The notes beneath the pieces were generated by a model, which was given only the letters and a program-made list of their open reading frames with translations, did not search any database and was not told the origin of the DNA. A stretch of DNA of 64,000 nt from Acidimicrobiia bacterium. Lineage in GTDB: Bacteria; Actinomycetota; Acidimicrobiia; Spongiisociales; JAENVV01. Where the stretch lies: contig JBFGJH010000008.1 in the NCBI GenBank assembly GCA_041577335.1, positions 1-64,000 on the forward strand, read 5' to 3'. This document shows positions 48,429 through 58,083 of this stretch, piece after piece. Numbering within the stretch: the stretch's first letter is position 1; every line of letters starts with the position of its first letter. A program made the translations under genes and the position numbers.

Positions 48429-48601
48429 GTTCTCATGTGATGAGGGATACTGCAGCCTCGATGGCACCGAACGCAGCGTGAGACGGACAGCAAACGCGGC
48501 TTGATTGGGTTGGGCTCCTGGTCCGGACGCCGGTCACCAAGTGCTCTGGCCGAGATCAAACTGTGTCCCCCATTGGACGCCGAGGCGTGCGCTTCCCTTC
48601 C

Positions 48602-49027
48602 TCAGCAGGCACTTGCCCGGGTGCGAGGCAGGAACGTGGCTGTCACCCTCCAGTGAGGGTGACGCTCGATCTTCCACCGGTCCGCCAGTTTCCGCATGAT
48701 CATCAACCCAAAGCCTTCGGAGGGGCTTTGAGCGGTCTTCCGTCCATCGTCGGCGACGGACACCGTCAACGAATCTCCCTGAGTGCACAAGTCGAGCGAG
48801 ACGACCCCTTCCGTGCCCGACCCGTGCCGAACTGCGTTCGTCACGAGCTCGCTCGTCACAAGCACCGCTCGATCGGTTACGTCGATCGGCAGATCGCGAG
48901 CAATGCGAGAGGCAAGTCGGCGCGCCCTCCGCGGTGCCTCTTTGTTGGCCGCCAAGCGGTGTTGCGACGCTCGCACACTGTCGGGAGTCGGCTCCCTGGG
49001 ATCTCGAACGTTGTCGGCGTCTTCCAT
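48602..49027 (-). CDS. RsbW-like ATP-binding protein (HATPase_c)
   Basis: APRRARR, TSELVTNAVRHG, VADDG, GFGLMI...LADRW. RBS GGAGG. Confidence 0.75.
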   Translation of the reverse strand: MEDADNVRDPREPTPDSVRASQHRLAANKEAPRRARRLASRIARDLPIDVTDRAVLVTSELVTNAVRHGSGTEGVVSLDLCTQGDSLTVSVADDGRKTAQSPSEGFGLMIMRKLADRWKIERHPHWRVTATFLPRTRASAC

Positions 49028-49039
49028 GGTCCTCCATCC

Positions 49040-49065
49040 TTACCCACTTTGCGTGACATCGAAAC
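49040..49065 (-). promoter_or_regulatory. SigB/SigF-type promoter
   Basis: GTTT-cgatgtcacgcaaagt(16)-GGGTAA. Confidence 0.75.
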
Positions 49066-49203
49066 GTCACATGGGCTGTCGACGTGGCGCCAGATCAGCC
49101 CGCTGCTGCCGTGGCACGGCGAACCCGTTCCCTCTGGGAATTGGTCCCGAGTGCAACCGGCGAGATGCGCCACGAGCACGCCTCGTAGTGGTCTTGGACA
49201 AAC

Positions 49204-49233
49204 GAAATCGCCCCTCCGAAGAGGGGCGATTTC
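49204..49233 (-). terminator. Intrinsic terminator downstream of the GlsB-family gene
   Basis: 13-bp stem GAAATCGCCCCTC-cgaa-GAGGGGCGATTTC, followed by GTTTGT on the minus strand. Confidence 0.75.
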
Positions 49234-49276
49234 ACCTTGATTGCGGGCCGCTGAGCGGTCCGGAGACTGAGCGGTC

Positions 49277-49537
49277 CTAGGCCGTGAGGCTCCTGCTGGT
49301 CGCGTAGCGATACACGATTAGCGCAACGACAGCGCCGACAATCGAGCCGACGATGCCGCTGGCTGAAATCTCGAAGTCGCCGGCGAAGACCAGCGCTGAG
49401 AGAAAGCCTCCGACGAATGACCCGATGACACCGAGCACCAGGGTGCCCAGCACGCCCATCGGGTCAGCGCCCGGCACGAGCAGTCGTGCGACGAAACCAG
49501 CGATCAGGCCGACGACTAGAAAGACAATGAATCCCAT
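49277..49537 (-). CDS. GlsB/YeaQ/YmgE family stress-response membrane protein
   Basis: GLIAGFVARLLVPG.DPMG..GT..LGVIGSFVGG, SIVGAVV. RBS GGAGGAG. Confidence 0.9.
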   Translation of the reverse strand: MGFIVFLVVGLIAGFVARLLVPGADPMGVLGTLVLGVIGSFVGGFLSALVFAGDFEISASGIVGSIVGAVVALIVYRYATSRSLTA

Positions 49538-49571
49538 TTCTCCTCCTTGGTGAGAGTTACGTGTGCTCCTC

Positions 49572-49597
49572 ATACCCGTGCCGTTCGAATCCCAAAC
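49572..49597 (-). promoter_or_regulatory. SigB/SigF-type promoter
   Basis: GTTT-gggattcgaacggcac(16)-GGGTAT. Confidence 0.75.
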
Positions 49598-49637
49598 CGA
49601 AAATCTCGGACAGCGTCCGGCCGTGGCCGTTCCGCGG

Positions 49638-50108
49638 TCAGCCTGTCGTGGCCGGTTGTTGTTGGGCGCCTAGCTGCGACGTGCAGTGTGGGCATCGAGA
49701 AGCGTCGACATCGATATGTGACTGGCAGAACGGGCAGGTCTTGGTGGTCGGCGCGGCGGGCGTATCCGTCCGGCGCAAACGGTTGATCCACCGGATCAGG
49801 AGAAACAGCACGAATGCGACAATCACGAAACTGACCACCTCATTGACGAGTCGGCCGTAGGCAAGCACAGTCGCCCCGGCCTCTTCCGCGGCTGCCGCGG
49901 TCGCGTAAGGGCCGCTGGGAGATCCGGCGTCGAGCAATACGAATCTGTCCGAGAAATCCAGATCGCCGGTGATCACGCCGATGAGTGGAGTGAGGACATC
50001 GCCGACGACCGAATTGACAACCGCAGTGAACGCGGCGCCGATGATGATCCCGACGGTCATGTCGACGACGCTGCCCTTTATGGCGAATTCGCGAAACTCT
50101 TTGAGCAC
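49638..50108 (-). CDS. mscL: Large-conductance mechanosensitive channel with C-terminal CxxC-x10-CxxC knuckle
   Basis: MLKEFREFAIKGSVVDMTVGIIIGAAF, LAYG, TKTCPFC...RCPHCTS. GTG start after GGAGGAG. Confidence 0.92.
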   Translation of the reverse strand: MLKEFREFAIKGSVVDMTVGIIIGAAFTAVVNSVVGDVLTPLIGVITGDLDFSDRFVLLDAGSPSGPYATAAAAEEAGATVLAYGRLVNEVVSFVIVAFVLFLLIRWINRLRRTDTPAAPTTKTCPFCQSHIDVDASRCPHCTSQLGAQQQPATTG

Positions 50109-50140
50109 AAAGCTCCTCCTCGCATCGATTTCCTCGTTCC

Positions 50141-50166
50141 CTACCCGCGGCTGATGTGCGGCAAAC
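50141..50166 (-). promoter_or_regulatory. SigB/SigF-type promoter for mscL
   Basis: GTTT-gccgcacatcagccgc(16)-GGGTAG. Confidence 0.75.
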
Positions 50167-50176
50167 GTCGATGAAT

Positions 50177-50202
50177 GTTTGCCCCATCCTTCAATCGGGT
50201 AG
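50177..50202 (+). promoter_or_regulatory. SigB/SigF-type promoter for dps
   Basis: GTTT-gccccatccttcaatc(16)-GGGTAG. Confidence 0.8.
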
Positions 50203-50244
50203 ATCTTCACCACGTTCACTTCGAAACACTGGAAGGGAAATACC

Positions 50245-50805
50245 ATGCAACAGCACTTCATGCCGTCAGGAATCAGCCAGGAGGCGGCTACGGAACTCGC
50301 TGACTCACTCCAGCAGCGCTTGATCGGCCTCGTCGACCTCTCGCTCACGCTCAAACACGCCCATTGGAATGTGATCGGACCCGGTTTCATCGCAGTGCAT
50401 GAAATGATCGACAAACAGGTGGAAGGCGTCCAGCAGATGTCTGATGCGGTCGCCGAGCGGATCGCCACGCTGGGCGGCATACCCAATGCGTTGCCGGGCA
50501 AGCTCGTGAGTGACCGGACGTGGGACGACTATGCGATCGGCAGGAGTGTTGTACCCGCTCACCTCGCCGCCCTCGACAAGGTTTATGACGGGGTCATCGC
50601 TGATCACCGCAACGCAATCGAAAGGGCTGCCAAACTCGATCCGATCACCGAAGATCTGCTCGTTGGCCAGACCGCCGAGTTGGAGCTGTATCAGTGGTTC
50701 GTACGGGCACACGTGGAGAACACATCTGGGGAGCTGTTGAGCGGAGACGCAGCCACCGAATTGGACGCGGCCGCCGCTGCTGCCACCGCAGACCCCCTGG
50801 AGTAA
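50245..50805 (+). CDS. dps: DNA starvation/stationary-phase protection protein Dps
   Basis: LTLKHAHWNVIGPGFIAVHEMID, DAVAERIATLGG, QWFVRAH. Confidence 0.95.
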   Translation: MQQHFMPSGISQEAATELADSLQQRLIGLVDLSLTLKHAHWNVIGPGFIAVHEMIDKQVEGVQQMSDAVAERIATLGGIPNALPGKLVSDRTWDDYAIGRSVVPAHLAALDKVYDGVIADHRNAIERAAKLDPITEDLLVGQTAELELYQWFVRAHVENTSGELLSGDAATELDAAAAAATADPLE

Positions 50806-50895
50806 TGCGTCCCGGCCAGAGACTCGGAAATCGAAATCGCCGCGATCTCGGCGAGCTGAAGCCGCAGTCTCTCCTAGGCGCGACGAGGTGGCCGG

Positions 50896-52350
50896 TCAGC
50901 CCTGAGCGGGTTGGAGGAGATAGTCGATGACGTCGCCGGCCGAGTAGAACGCAGTGCCATCCGGCACCCGTTGCATGAGGTCCTCGACAGCCCGGAAATC
51001 GGACCCGGCCGTGACGATCGGAGGCTCTTCGTATCCGGCCTTGGTCCGGAATTGGGGCAAACCTGCTGTGGCGAGCAGGCCGTTGCACAGGCAGGTGCGG
51101 CCTTCGGTGTTCTGTTCTCTACCGCCCTTCACCCGGCTGTACGCGGCCAGTGGTTCGGCAGGACACCGGTATCCAATCGCGCCGTTCTCAGTCACATACG
51201 GGGTGCGCAGCGCTCCCAGATCGCACACCCGGCGACGATCTTCGTAGACCTCCGGATCCGACAGCGAGCCTGATACGTCGACCACCCGGAACGGAAAGCC
51301 GGTCGGCGAGACCCGCCAGTTCGATCGAACCTGTACGCCGCCATGGGCGGCCTGAGAGAGGATCTCGCTCTTCACGTCGGAGACGAGTCCCGACTCGGCG
51401 CTGAAAGCGAACGCCGTTCCGACCTGGATGCCGGATGCACCCAAACTGACAGCATCTTGTAAGCCCTGCGGCGTGCCGAAAGACCCAGCGAGCCAGAACG
51501 GAAGCCCGAGCTCCCGCAGCGCGTCGAGGTCGACTTGATCCCGTTCGTCATACACCGGCTGGCCGAGGTCATCGGTCACCCGAGGACCACGGGGAGGAGC
51601 ATTGTGACCTCCCGCCGTCGGCGCCTCGACCACAAAGCCGTCAGGAGGCTCGGGCAAGGCTGCCAAACCTGCGGCGAGATCGACGGACGCAACGATGCCG
51701 AGGAAGTCCGGCCGTGAGATCTCGACCGGACGCCCTTGGTGGATGAGAACCGGATCGAACGAGATCGACACCTCAGCGTCCGACGACTTCAACCCCTGGA
51801 CCCGGACCGGCAAGGAGACGGACTCATGTCGGGCGAGCCGGGTGATCATGGGGGGAAGATCCATCGGGTTGCCCGCTCCGACGATCACATAGTCGACGCC
51901 GGCCAGCATCGCCCCGTAGAGGGAACATGGAATGGGCAGCTCGATCTTGCGAAGGAAGTTGATACCGACCGGGCCATCGTGGCCTTCCTTGGCGAGGAAG
52001 ACCTCGGCGAAGTTCGCCGCCACGGTCAGCTCCACGAGGGCGTCGTTTGGCTCGACGGTGAACGTCCTCACGTTCTTGAACGGCACATCCTGGGGCTTCC
52101 CGCCCGGTATGAAGTAAGTGTCGACGATCCGTTCGGCTATCGCTGGATACGGAAATGCTGCGAGTGCCCGGCGCACGTGTCCACCTTCGTCGCCGAGTTG
52201 GAGACGGCGGGCCATGACGACTTCGAGAATCGTGCCGGAAACAACGCCGAGTTGGCCGCGACCTGCAACGGCTCGGGCCAACGCCCATCCGGAGATGGCG
52301 ACGCCCATACCTCCCTGGATGATGCGCGGAAGCTGAGCGTGTGTATGCAT
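50896..52350 (-). CDS. Nitronate monooxygenase / FabK-FabX-like FMN oxidoreductase with Cys-rich C-terminus
   Basis: IIQGGMGV, AGGHN, GIQVGTAF, SPTGFPF, CDLG...CPAEP...CLCNGL. Confidence 0.75.
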   Translation of the reverse strand: MHTHAQLPRIIQGGMGVAISGWALARAVAGRGQLGVVSGTILEVVMARRLQLGDEGGHVRRALAAFPYPAIAERIVDTYFIPGGKPQDVPFKNVRTFTVEPNDALVELTVAANFAEVFLAKEGHDGPVGINFLRKIELPIPCSLYGAMLAGVDYVIVGAGNPMDLPPMITRLARHESVSLPVRVQGLKSSDAEVSISFDPVLIHQGRPVEISRPDFLGIVASVDLAAGLAALPEPPDGFVVEAPTAGGHNAPPRGPRVTDDLGQPVYDERDQVDLDALRELGLPFWLAGSFGTPQGLQDAVSLGASGIQVGTAFAFSAESGLVSDVKSEILSQAAHGGVQVRSNWRVSPTGFPFRVVDVSGSLSDPEVYEDRRRVCDLGALRTPYVTENGAIGYRCPAEPLAAYSRVKGGREQNTEGRTCLCNGLLATAGLPQFRTKAGYEEPPIVTAGSDFRAVEDLMQRVPDGTAFYSAGDVIDYLLQPAQG

Positions 52351-52688
52351 GGAGGATGATCCTCTGCCGACGGCCGAGAGAAGAACCCGGAGTCCCCTCC
52401 CCTGCCTATTCGACCTGGGTGACGCCGGTTGGATACCAATTGTAGGCGGATTCGCCGTGCGGAGTCGGAGAGGTCGTGCGATCGTACGGCGACGACCGAG
52501 CCCGCCTCGGAGTCACCGGCGAGAACGACGAGGATCGTCGCCCAGCACGACGGCTTGAGTCATGACTCGAAGCTTCGGATAGACAAGCCCGGCTGTGCGG
52601 GTGTCCGGAACCCGGTTACCCGCCCTGAGGAGGTTTCCCATCGAGCAGGGCCGGCGCAGGTCGCCATGTCGGGGATGCCATCAATACC

Positions 52689-53987
52689 ATGGTGTGGGCC
52701 ATGAAAGCCCTCAAGCCGTACGCATTGCTCGATCGGGTTCGGGACAGCCAATTTCTCGTGCCCGCTCTCTTCATCGTGGCGAGCATCGCGCTGGTCTTCG
52801 CCGCCAACTTGCTCAACGGGAATCTCACCGATGGCGACATCCCATATCTGGTGCCTGCAACGATCCCGTCGGCTCGGACGATGCTCGGCACCATTGCGGG
52901 TGCCATCATCACCGTCGCGGCAGTCGTCTTTTCTTTGACGGCGCTCACTGTGCAGATGGCGGCGAGCCAATACTCGCCGCGAGTCATTCAGGGATTTCTC
53001 CGAGACCGATTCCAGCAGGTCGTGCTGGGAGTCGTCATCGGCACATTCACGTTTGCTCTGGTAGGACTGGCCTCACTGGGAGCCGACCCCGCCGACGGCG
53101 CCCGCGCCGACTGGACGGCAACGATCGGCGTCGTTCTAGGGGTGGGCTCCGCCTTGCTGATCGTCGCCTACATCGATCATGTAACCCGTCGAATCCGAAT
53201 CGACGACACGATCAAGCGGTTGGCGGGCCAGACCGAGGCTGCGCTCCGGCAGATGCCGGAATCCGGTTCATCGCTTGCCAACCAATCCTGGCAAATCGGT
53301 GACGATATCGAATCGTCCGCCGTGCGATCGACGAGCGCCGGGTGGGTCCAGCGGATCGACTTGGCCGAGTTGGCGGAGGCACTCCCACCAGGCGCAATTG
53401 GGAGAATCGAGCAGCTCAGCGGCACGTATGCGGTTGCCGGGACCCGCCTGTTGACGGTCTGGCAGGAAGGCGGAGCGATCGAGCTCGATACAGACCGAGT
53501 TCGGAACGCTTTCACGATCGGGGGGACTCGGGCGATCGATCGAGACGATCCCGCGTTCGGGGTGCGGCTGCTCGTCGATATTGCGCTGCGAGCTCTCAGC
53601 CCTGGTATCAATGACCCGGCCACGGCGGCGGATGTTGTACGCCACCTCGCTGGGCCGATTCGGAGCGCCTACCTCGACACCGAGATTCACGGTTCGTACG
53701 TGCACGCGAACGGAACGCGTCTCGCCCAGCCCGGTGTCCTTCAGCCGAGCGACTACGTGCATCTCGCCTATTCGGAGATCCGTTTTGCCTCGTCTGGTCA
53801 AGCCACCGTGCTGATGGCGCTGGCCGAGTCGCTCACCGCCCTTCACGAATCGTTGACTGCAGCCGGCGTCGGCGCCACTGCGATCGAGAGAGAGCTCGAG
53901 TTGGTGCGTCATACCGTGGATGCCTCGCCGCTCGTCGAAGCAGACCGGCGGCCCATCCTGACGGTGCTCGATCGGACGCTGGACTGA
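52689..53987 (+). CDS. DUF2254 family membrane protein
   Basis: AR.MLGTIAG, FSLT...QMAASQYSPR, LVDIALRALSPGINDPATA. Confidence 0.85.
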   Translation: MVWAMKALKPYALLDRVRDSQFLVPALFIVASIALVFAANLLNGNLTDGDIPYLVPATIPSARTMLGTIAGAIITVAAVVFSLTALTVQMAASQYSPRVIQGFLRDRFQQVVLGVVIGTFTFALVGLASLGADPADGARADWTATIGVVLGVGSALLIVAYIDHVTRRIRIDDTIKRLAGQTEAALRQMPESGSSLANQSWQIGDDIESSAVRSTSAGWVQRIDLAELAEALPPGAIGRIEQLSGTYAVAGTRLLTVWQEGGAIELDTDRVRNAFTIGGTRAIDRDDPAFGVRLLVDIALRALSPGINDPATAADVVRHLAGPIRSAYLDTEIHGSYVHANGTRLAQPGVLQPSDYVHLAYSEIRFASSGQATVLMALAESLTALHESLTAAGVGATAIERELELVRHTVDASPLVEADRRPILTVLDRTLD

Positions 53988-53990
53988 GCC

Positions 53991-55499
53991 TCAACGCGGG
54001 AAGCGGCGTCGGCTCTCCAAGTCGTTGAGGTCGAGATGATTGCGCATGTAGCTGTCGGAAGCACCGCTCGGTGGCTCGTACTCCCACGGAACGAACGTTC
54101 CTTTCCGCAATGATCGGTCGACGAGCCGACGCCGGCGCTGGCTTTCCAGGACGGCGCCTTGGATGGCAACCGGATCCCAGCGACGTTCCAGCAGCGCATG
54201 CAACTCCTCGAGCTTCGCAGCCGAATGCGGATCGTCGGCGAGATTGACGAGTTCGTCGGCATCTGCCGACAGGTCGAAGAGCTGGGGAGGATCCTCTGAG
54301 CACCACACATATTTGTGCGACCCTTTGCGCACCATGAGCAGCGGGGCGACGGTGCCCTCGCCGAGATATTCGCCGTACACCACCCGGTCGGGCTCGGCCT
54401 CTCCGTTTATCAACGGCTCGAGGCTCGACCCCTCCAAATCGTCGGCGCTCGAGCTATTTGAAAAGCCGGCCAACGTTGGCGCCATGTCGAGCAGCGAAAC
54501 GGGCTCGCTCACCCGACGAGGCTCGATCCGCCCAGGGGCCCACACGATCAGCGGGATTCGTGCGGAGTGCTCGAAGAACGTCATCTTGTACCACAGACCC
54601 CGCTCCCCCAACATGTCACCATGGTCGGCGGTGAAGATCACGACCGTGTCATCGGCCATACCGAAGCCATCGAGTGTCTCCATGAGCTTGCCGACCCAAT
54701 CATCGATGTACGAGACGGCGGCGTAGTAGGCGTGGCGCGCATTTCGCACGTCGTCGTCGGTGATGTCGGCTGAGTCCATGTCTGACACGTGGCGCAGTCG
54801 CCGGCTGTGCGGATCGGTTTGCTCGCCCGAGATCGGGCCCACTGTGGGAAGGTCGATATCATCGTGGTTGTAGCGGTCCCAGTATTCCTGACGCACGGCA
54901 TAGGGATCATGGGGGTGCGTGAAAGAAGCCGTGAGCATCCATGGCCGCTCATCGTCGATCCGTGCCAGGTCGCGCAGCTTACGAACTGCCTGGTGGCCAA
55001 CCTCATCGTCGTAGTCGAGCTGATTCGTAGCTTCGGCCACTCCAGCGTTCGACACCGCATCCATGTTGTGGAACCACCACTCGAAACGGTTCTCAGGGTC
55101 GTCCCAACTCGGGGTCCAGCCGAAATCGGCCGGATATATGTCCGTGGTAACGCGCTCCTCGAAGCCGTGCAGCTGATCAGGACCGACAAAGTGCATCTTG
55201 CCCGCCAGGCAGGTGCGGTACCCGGCATCGCGCAGCCCGTGAGCAAAGGTCGGAATGGACGCCGGCCATTCGGCGGCGTTGTCGTAGACCCCGGTGCTCG
55301 ACCCGAGGCGTCCGGTCATCATGGCCGCTCGCGACGGGCCGCACAAAGGACTGTTGGTGTATGCCGCATCGAACACGACACCTTCGTTCGCGAGCCGATC
55401 GAGGTGGGGCGCCTGCACCACCCGATGCCCGTACGGCGGCAGGAACTGTGGGGCCAGTTGATCGGCCATGATGAGCAGGATGTTGGGACGCCGTTCCAC
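53991..55499 (-). CDS. betC: Choline sulfatase
   Basis: PNILLIMADQL, SPLCGPSR (formylglycine motif), GKMHFVGPDQLHGFEER, QLDYDDEV, YMRNHLDLNDLE. GTG start 55499. Confidence 0.9.
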   Translation of the reverse strand: MERRPNILLIMADQLAPQFLPPYGHRVVQAPHLDRLANEGVVFDAAYTNSPLCGPSRAAMMTGRLGSSTGVYDNAAEWPASIPTFAHGLRDAGYRTCLAGKMHFVGPDQLHGFEERVTTDIYPADFGWTPSWDDPENRFEWWFHNMDAVSNAGVAEATNQLDYDDEVGHQAVRKLRDLARIDDERPWMLTASFTHPHDPYAVRQEYWDRYNHDDIDLPTVGPISGEQTDPHSRRLRHVSDMDSADITDDDVRNARHAYYAAVSYIDDWVGKLMETLDGFGMADDTVVIFTADHGDMLGERGLWYKMTFFEHSARIPLIVWAPGRIEPRRVSEPVSLLDMAPTLAGFSNSSSADDLEGSSLEPLINGEAEPDRVVYGEYLGEGTVAPLLMVRKGSHKYVWCSEDPPQLFDLSADADELVNLADDPHSAAKLEELHALLERRWDPVAIQGAVLESQRRRRLVDRSLRKGTFVPWEYEPPSGASDSYMRNHLDLNDLESRRRFPR

Positions 55500-55740
55500 G
55501 GTGCCGACGTTAGCCCCGGCACGGCGCCAATCGCCGCCCCACGCCGCTTTCGGAGTCATCCGATTGAACGATGGCGAAGGTCCTCGCGGACGATCGGTGA
55601 AGCCGGGATTGCCGGGACCGAAATTCCGTCTCGGAGACCTGGCCTACGTCCTCCTCCTCGAAGCTGACGTAAAACCGACCGAGCATCCCCGGCTTGGGAA
55701 TTGAGATATGACCGGTGTCGGTCGCCGATATGCTCCTGGC

Positions 55741-56730
55741 ATGGATCGTGACAACCCGGGAGCTGTGACCTGGCGACCGCTCGGCGAAGGCGACCTCGAT
55801 GACCTGTTCGCTCTCTATCAGCGTTGGGAATCGGAAGTGGGCCAGTCCTATCGAACGTCACGAGCCGAGCTCGAGCACGAGATGGCCGAGCCAGATACCG
55901 ATCTGTCCAATGACACTCTCGTCGCCGTCGACACCCACGGAGCCATGGTGGCCTCGGTGTGGCTCAAGTTCCGATCGCGCCCTGGCCTGAAGCACCGTGT
56001 CGACGTCATGACCACCGCGATCGATGGCTACGGTCACTGCGAGATCGAGGCGCTGGAATGGGCCCACAAAGAGGCCCAGAAACGCCTTCGCGATGCGAAT
56101 GATCAACTCCCCCGCGTCATCAGGGGCTACGCCGAGACCACCGCAACGTCGAAACTTGCCCGCTACGAATCACTCGGCTTCGAAATCGTCCGGTACTTCG
56201 TGGACATGGCCCGTCCCGCTGACGCCCATGTCGGGACCGAGACGATCCCAGACGACGTAGAGATCGTCGCGTGGGACGATCAATGGGCACGTTCTACGTT
56301 CGACACCGAAGTCGAAGCGTTCGCCGATCACTGGGGGGTCTTGCCGCCTACGTGGGAAGAGTTCCAGCATCGACTCGCCTGGCCGGGATCCCGCCTCGAT
56401 CTATCGGTCCTGGCCATCGCCCACGGTCAGGTGGTTTCGTATTGCCTCAACGGGGTTTACCCCCAGGACTTCGAAGTTCGCGGCCGCAGCCAGGGGTGGA
56501 TCGAGACGCTCGGCACCCTGCGGCCGTGGCGTAGGCAGGGCCTGGCCTCGGCGTTGGTGAACGAGTCGATACGCCGATTCGCCACGGAAGGGCTGGAATA
56601 CGCGGCCATCGGGGTCGACGCGGCCAACCCCACCGGGGCGTTCGGGCTCTACGAACGACTTGGTTTCACCGAGGAGACGCGGTCGGTGGCGCTCATGAAG
56701 TCAATCGAAGTGGCCGGGTCAGCGAGCTGA
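55741..56730 (+). CDS. Tandem GNAT acetyltransferase
   Basis: EAFADHWG, LGT...WRRQGLASAL, VDAANPTGA.GLYERLGF. Confidence 0.85.
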   Translation: MDRDNPGAVTWRPLGEGDLDDLFALYQRWESEVGQSYRTSRAELEHEMAEPDTDLSNDTLVAVDTHGAMVASVWLKFRSRPGLKHRVDVMTTAIDGYGHCEIEALEWAHKEAQKRLRDANDQLPRVIRGYAETTATSKLARYESLGFEIVRYFVDMARPADAHVGTETIPDDVEIVAWDDQWARSTFDTEVEAFADHWGVLPPTWEEFQHRLAWPGSRLDLSVLAIAHGQVVSYCLNGVYPQDFEVRGRSQGWIETLGTLRPWRRQGLASALVNESIRRFATEGLEYAAIGVDAANPTGAFGLYERLGFTEETRSVALMKSIEVAGSAS

Positions 56731-56833
56731 CGAGATCGCTGACCCGAACTATTGCAGAGCCCGACAACGTTTGGGTTCGGCGCTCGACACGGGAACCTGA
56801 TAGAACGGGTCCCACCACTGCCGAGGGGACATT

Positions 56834-57670
56834 GTGAATCGAATTGTCGTGACAGGAGGGAGCGGAAAGGCTGGGCGTGCCGTCGTTGCGGACCTCGACG
56901 CGCATGGATATGACGTCGTCAATGTGGACGTGGCCGCCTCCAGAGACCCCGACGCTCCGACAATCATTGCCGACCTCACCGACCTCGGTCAGGTGTACGA
57001 CATCCTCGGCGGCGCCGATTCGGTGATTCATCTCGCCGCGATTCCCGCTCCCAACGTGCTCCCCGACGGTGAGACGTTCACCATCAACACGATCTCCACC
57101 TACAACGTCTTCTCGGCAGCCACCAAGCTGGGGTTGGAAAGAGTCGTGTGGGCCTCGTCGGAAACTCTGATCGGAATTCCGTTCGAACGCGAACAACCCC
57201 GGTACGCACCCATCGACGAGGCCCACGTGCGCCTCCCCGAGTTCCACTACGCCCTCTCCAAGCTCGTCGGCGAAGAAATGGCTTCGCAGTTTGCCCGCTG
57301 GTCCGAGATCCCGTTTGTCTCGCTCCGGTACTCCAACATCATGGAGCCGGCCGACTACCAACGCTTCCCTGGCTTCTGGGACCATCCGGCGATCCGGGCC
57401 TGGAACCTGTGGGGATACGTCGACGCCCGGGACGTCGCTCAAGCAACCCGTCTTGCCCTGGAGGCCGACACGGTGGGAAATGAGGCCTTTCTCGTAGCAG
57501 CAGCCGACACATGCATGACCACCTCGAGCGCCGACCTCATGGCAGCGGTCTATCCAAACGTGCCGCTACAACCGGTCGGAGACCACGAGACATTGCTGTC
57601 GATAGAAAAAGCCAGACAGATCCTGGGATATCAGCCGACCCACTCGTGGCGAGACCACATCTCGGCCTGA
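56834..57670 (+). CDS. NAD-dependent epimerase/dehydratase (extended SDR)
   Basis: VTGGSGKAG, HLAAIP, WASSE, YALSK, LWGYVDARD. Confidence 0.9.
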   Translation: MNRIVVTGGSGKAGRAVVADLDAHGYDVVNVDVAASRDPDAPTIIADLTDLGQVYDILGGADSVIHLAAIPAPNVLPDGETFTINTISTYNVFSAATKLGLERVVWASSETLIGIPFEREQPRYAPIDEAHVRLPEFHYALSKLVGEEMASQFARWSEIPFVSLRYSNIMEPADYQRFPGFWDHPAIRAWNLWGYVDARDVAQATRLALEADTVGNEAFLVAAADTCMTTSSADLMAAVYPNVPLQPVGDHETLLSIEKARQILGYQPTHSWRDHISA

Positions 57671-57697
57671 CACGGCGCCTTTGGGTAGCGTCCAGTC

Positions 57698-58068
57698 ATG
57701 CAAAAATCAACCTCTTCGGAATCAGCCCCGTCATCCCCGTTCCCGACGTGGCAGCCGCCGTCGACTGGTACGCCACGGCACTCGGGTTCAGAAGAGAACC
57801 GCTGAGGGGCGACCCGCCTACGCACGGTTCGGCCAATCGCGACCGGGTCGGAATCCATTTCACCAAAGCCTCGGACGACTGATCATCCGGTGATTGTCCA
57901 GGCTCGGTCTACATCTTCATCGATGACGCGGCGGCCCTCGCCGATGAACTAGCCGCCGGCGACGTCATGATCTCCGAGCCTGACGCGGCCAAGGACTACG
58001 GCATGATCGAATTCTCGATTCACGACCTCAACGGCTATCGGATCGTCTTCGGTCAATACGCGACCTGA
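57698..58068 (+). pseudogene. VOC/glyoxalase-bleomycin-resistance family pseudogene
   Basis: ISPVIPVPDVAAAVDWY...LGF, then an in-frame TGA at 57880-57882, then SVYIFIDDA...DYGMIEFSIHDLNGYRIVFGQ. The ATG at 57698 is one base out of frame with this sequence. Confidence 0.75.
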
Positions 58069-58083
58069 CGGCCGGAAGAGGCG

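Noticed and set aside
49638..50501. 287-aa N-terminally extended MscL; likewise long extensions of ORFs 43535, 38210, 28917, 62794 and 11612
   Set aside because: The extensions overlap neighbouring genes or promoters. RBS, promoter and coupling evidence supports the shorter starts.
57880..57882. Selenocysteine or programmed readthrough at the VOC TGA
   Set aside because: The codon falls in a linker rather than a catalytic Cys position, I saw no convincing SECIS hairpin, and a second lesion at the start points to decay.
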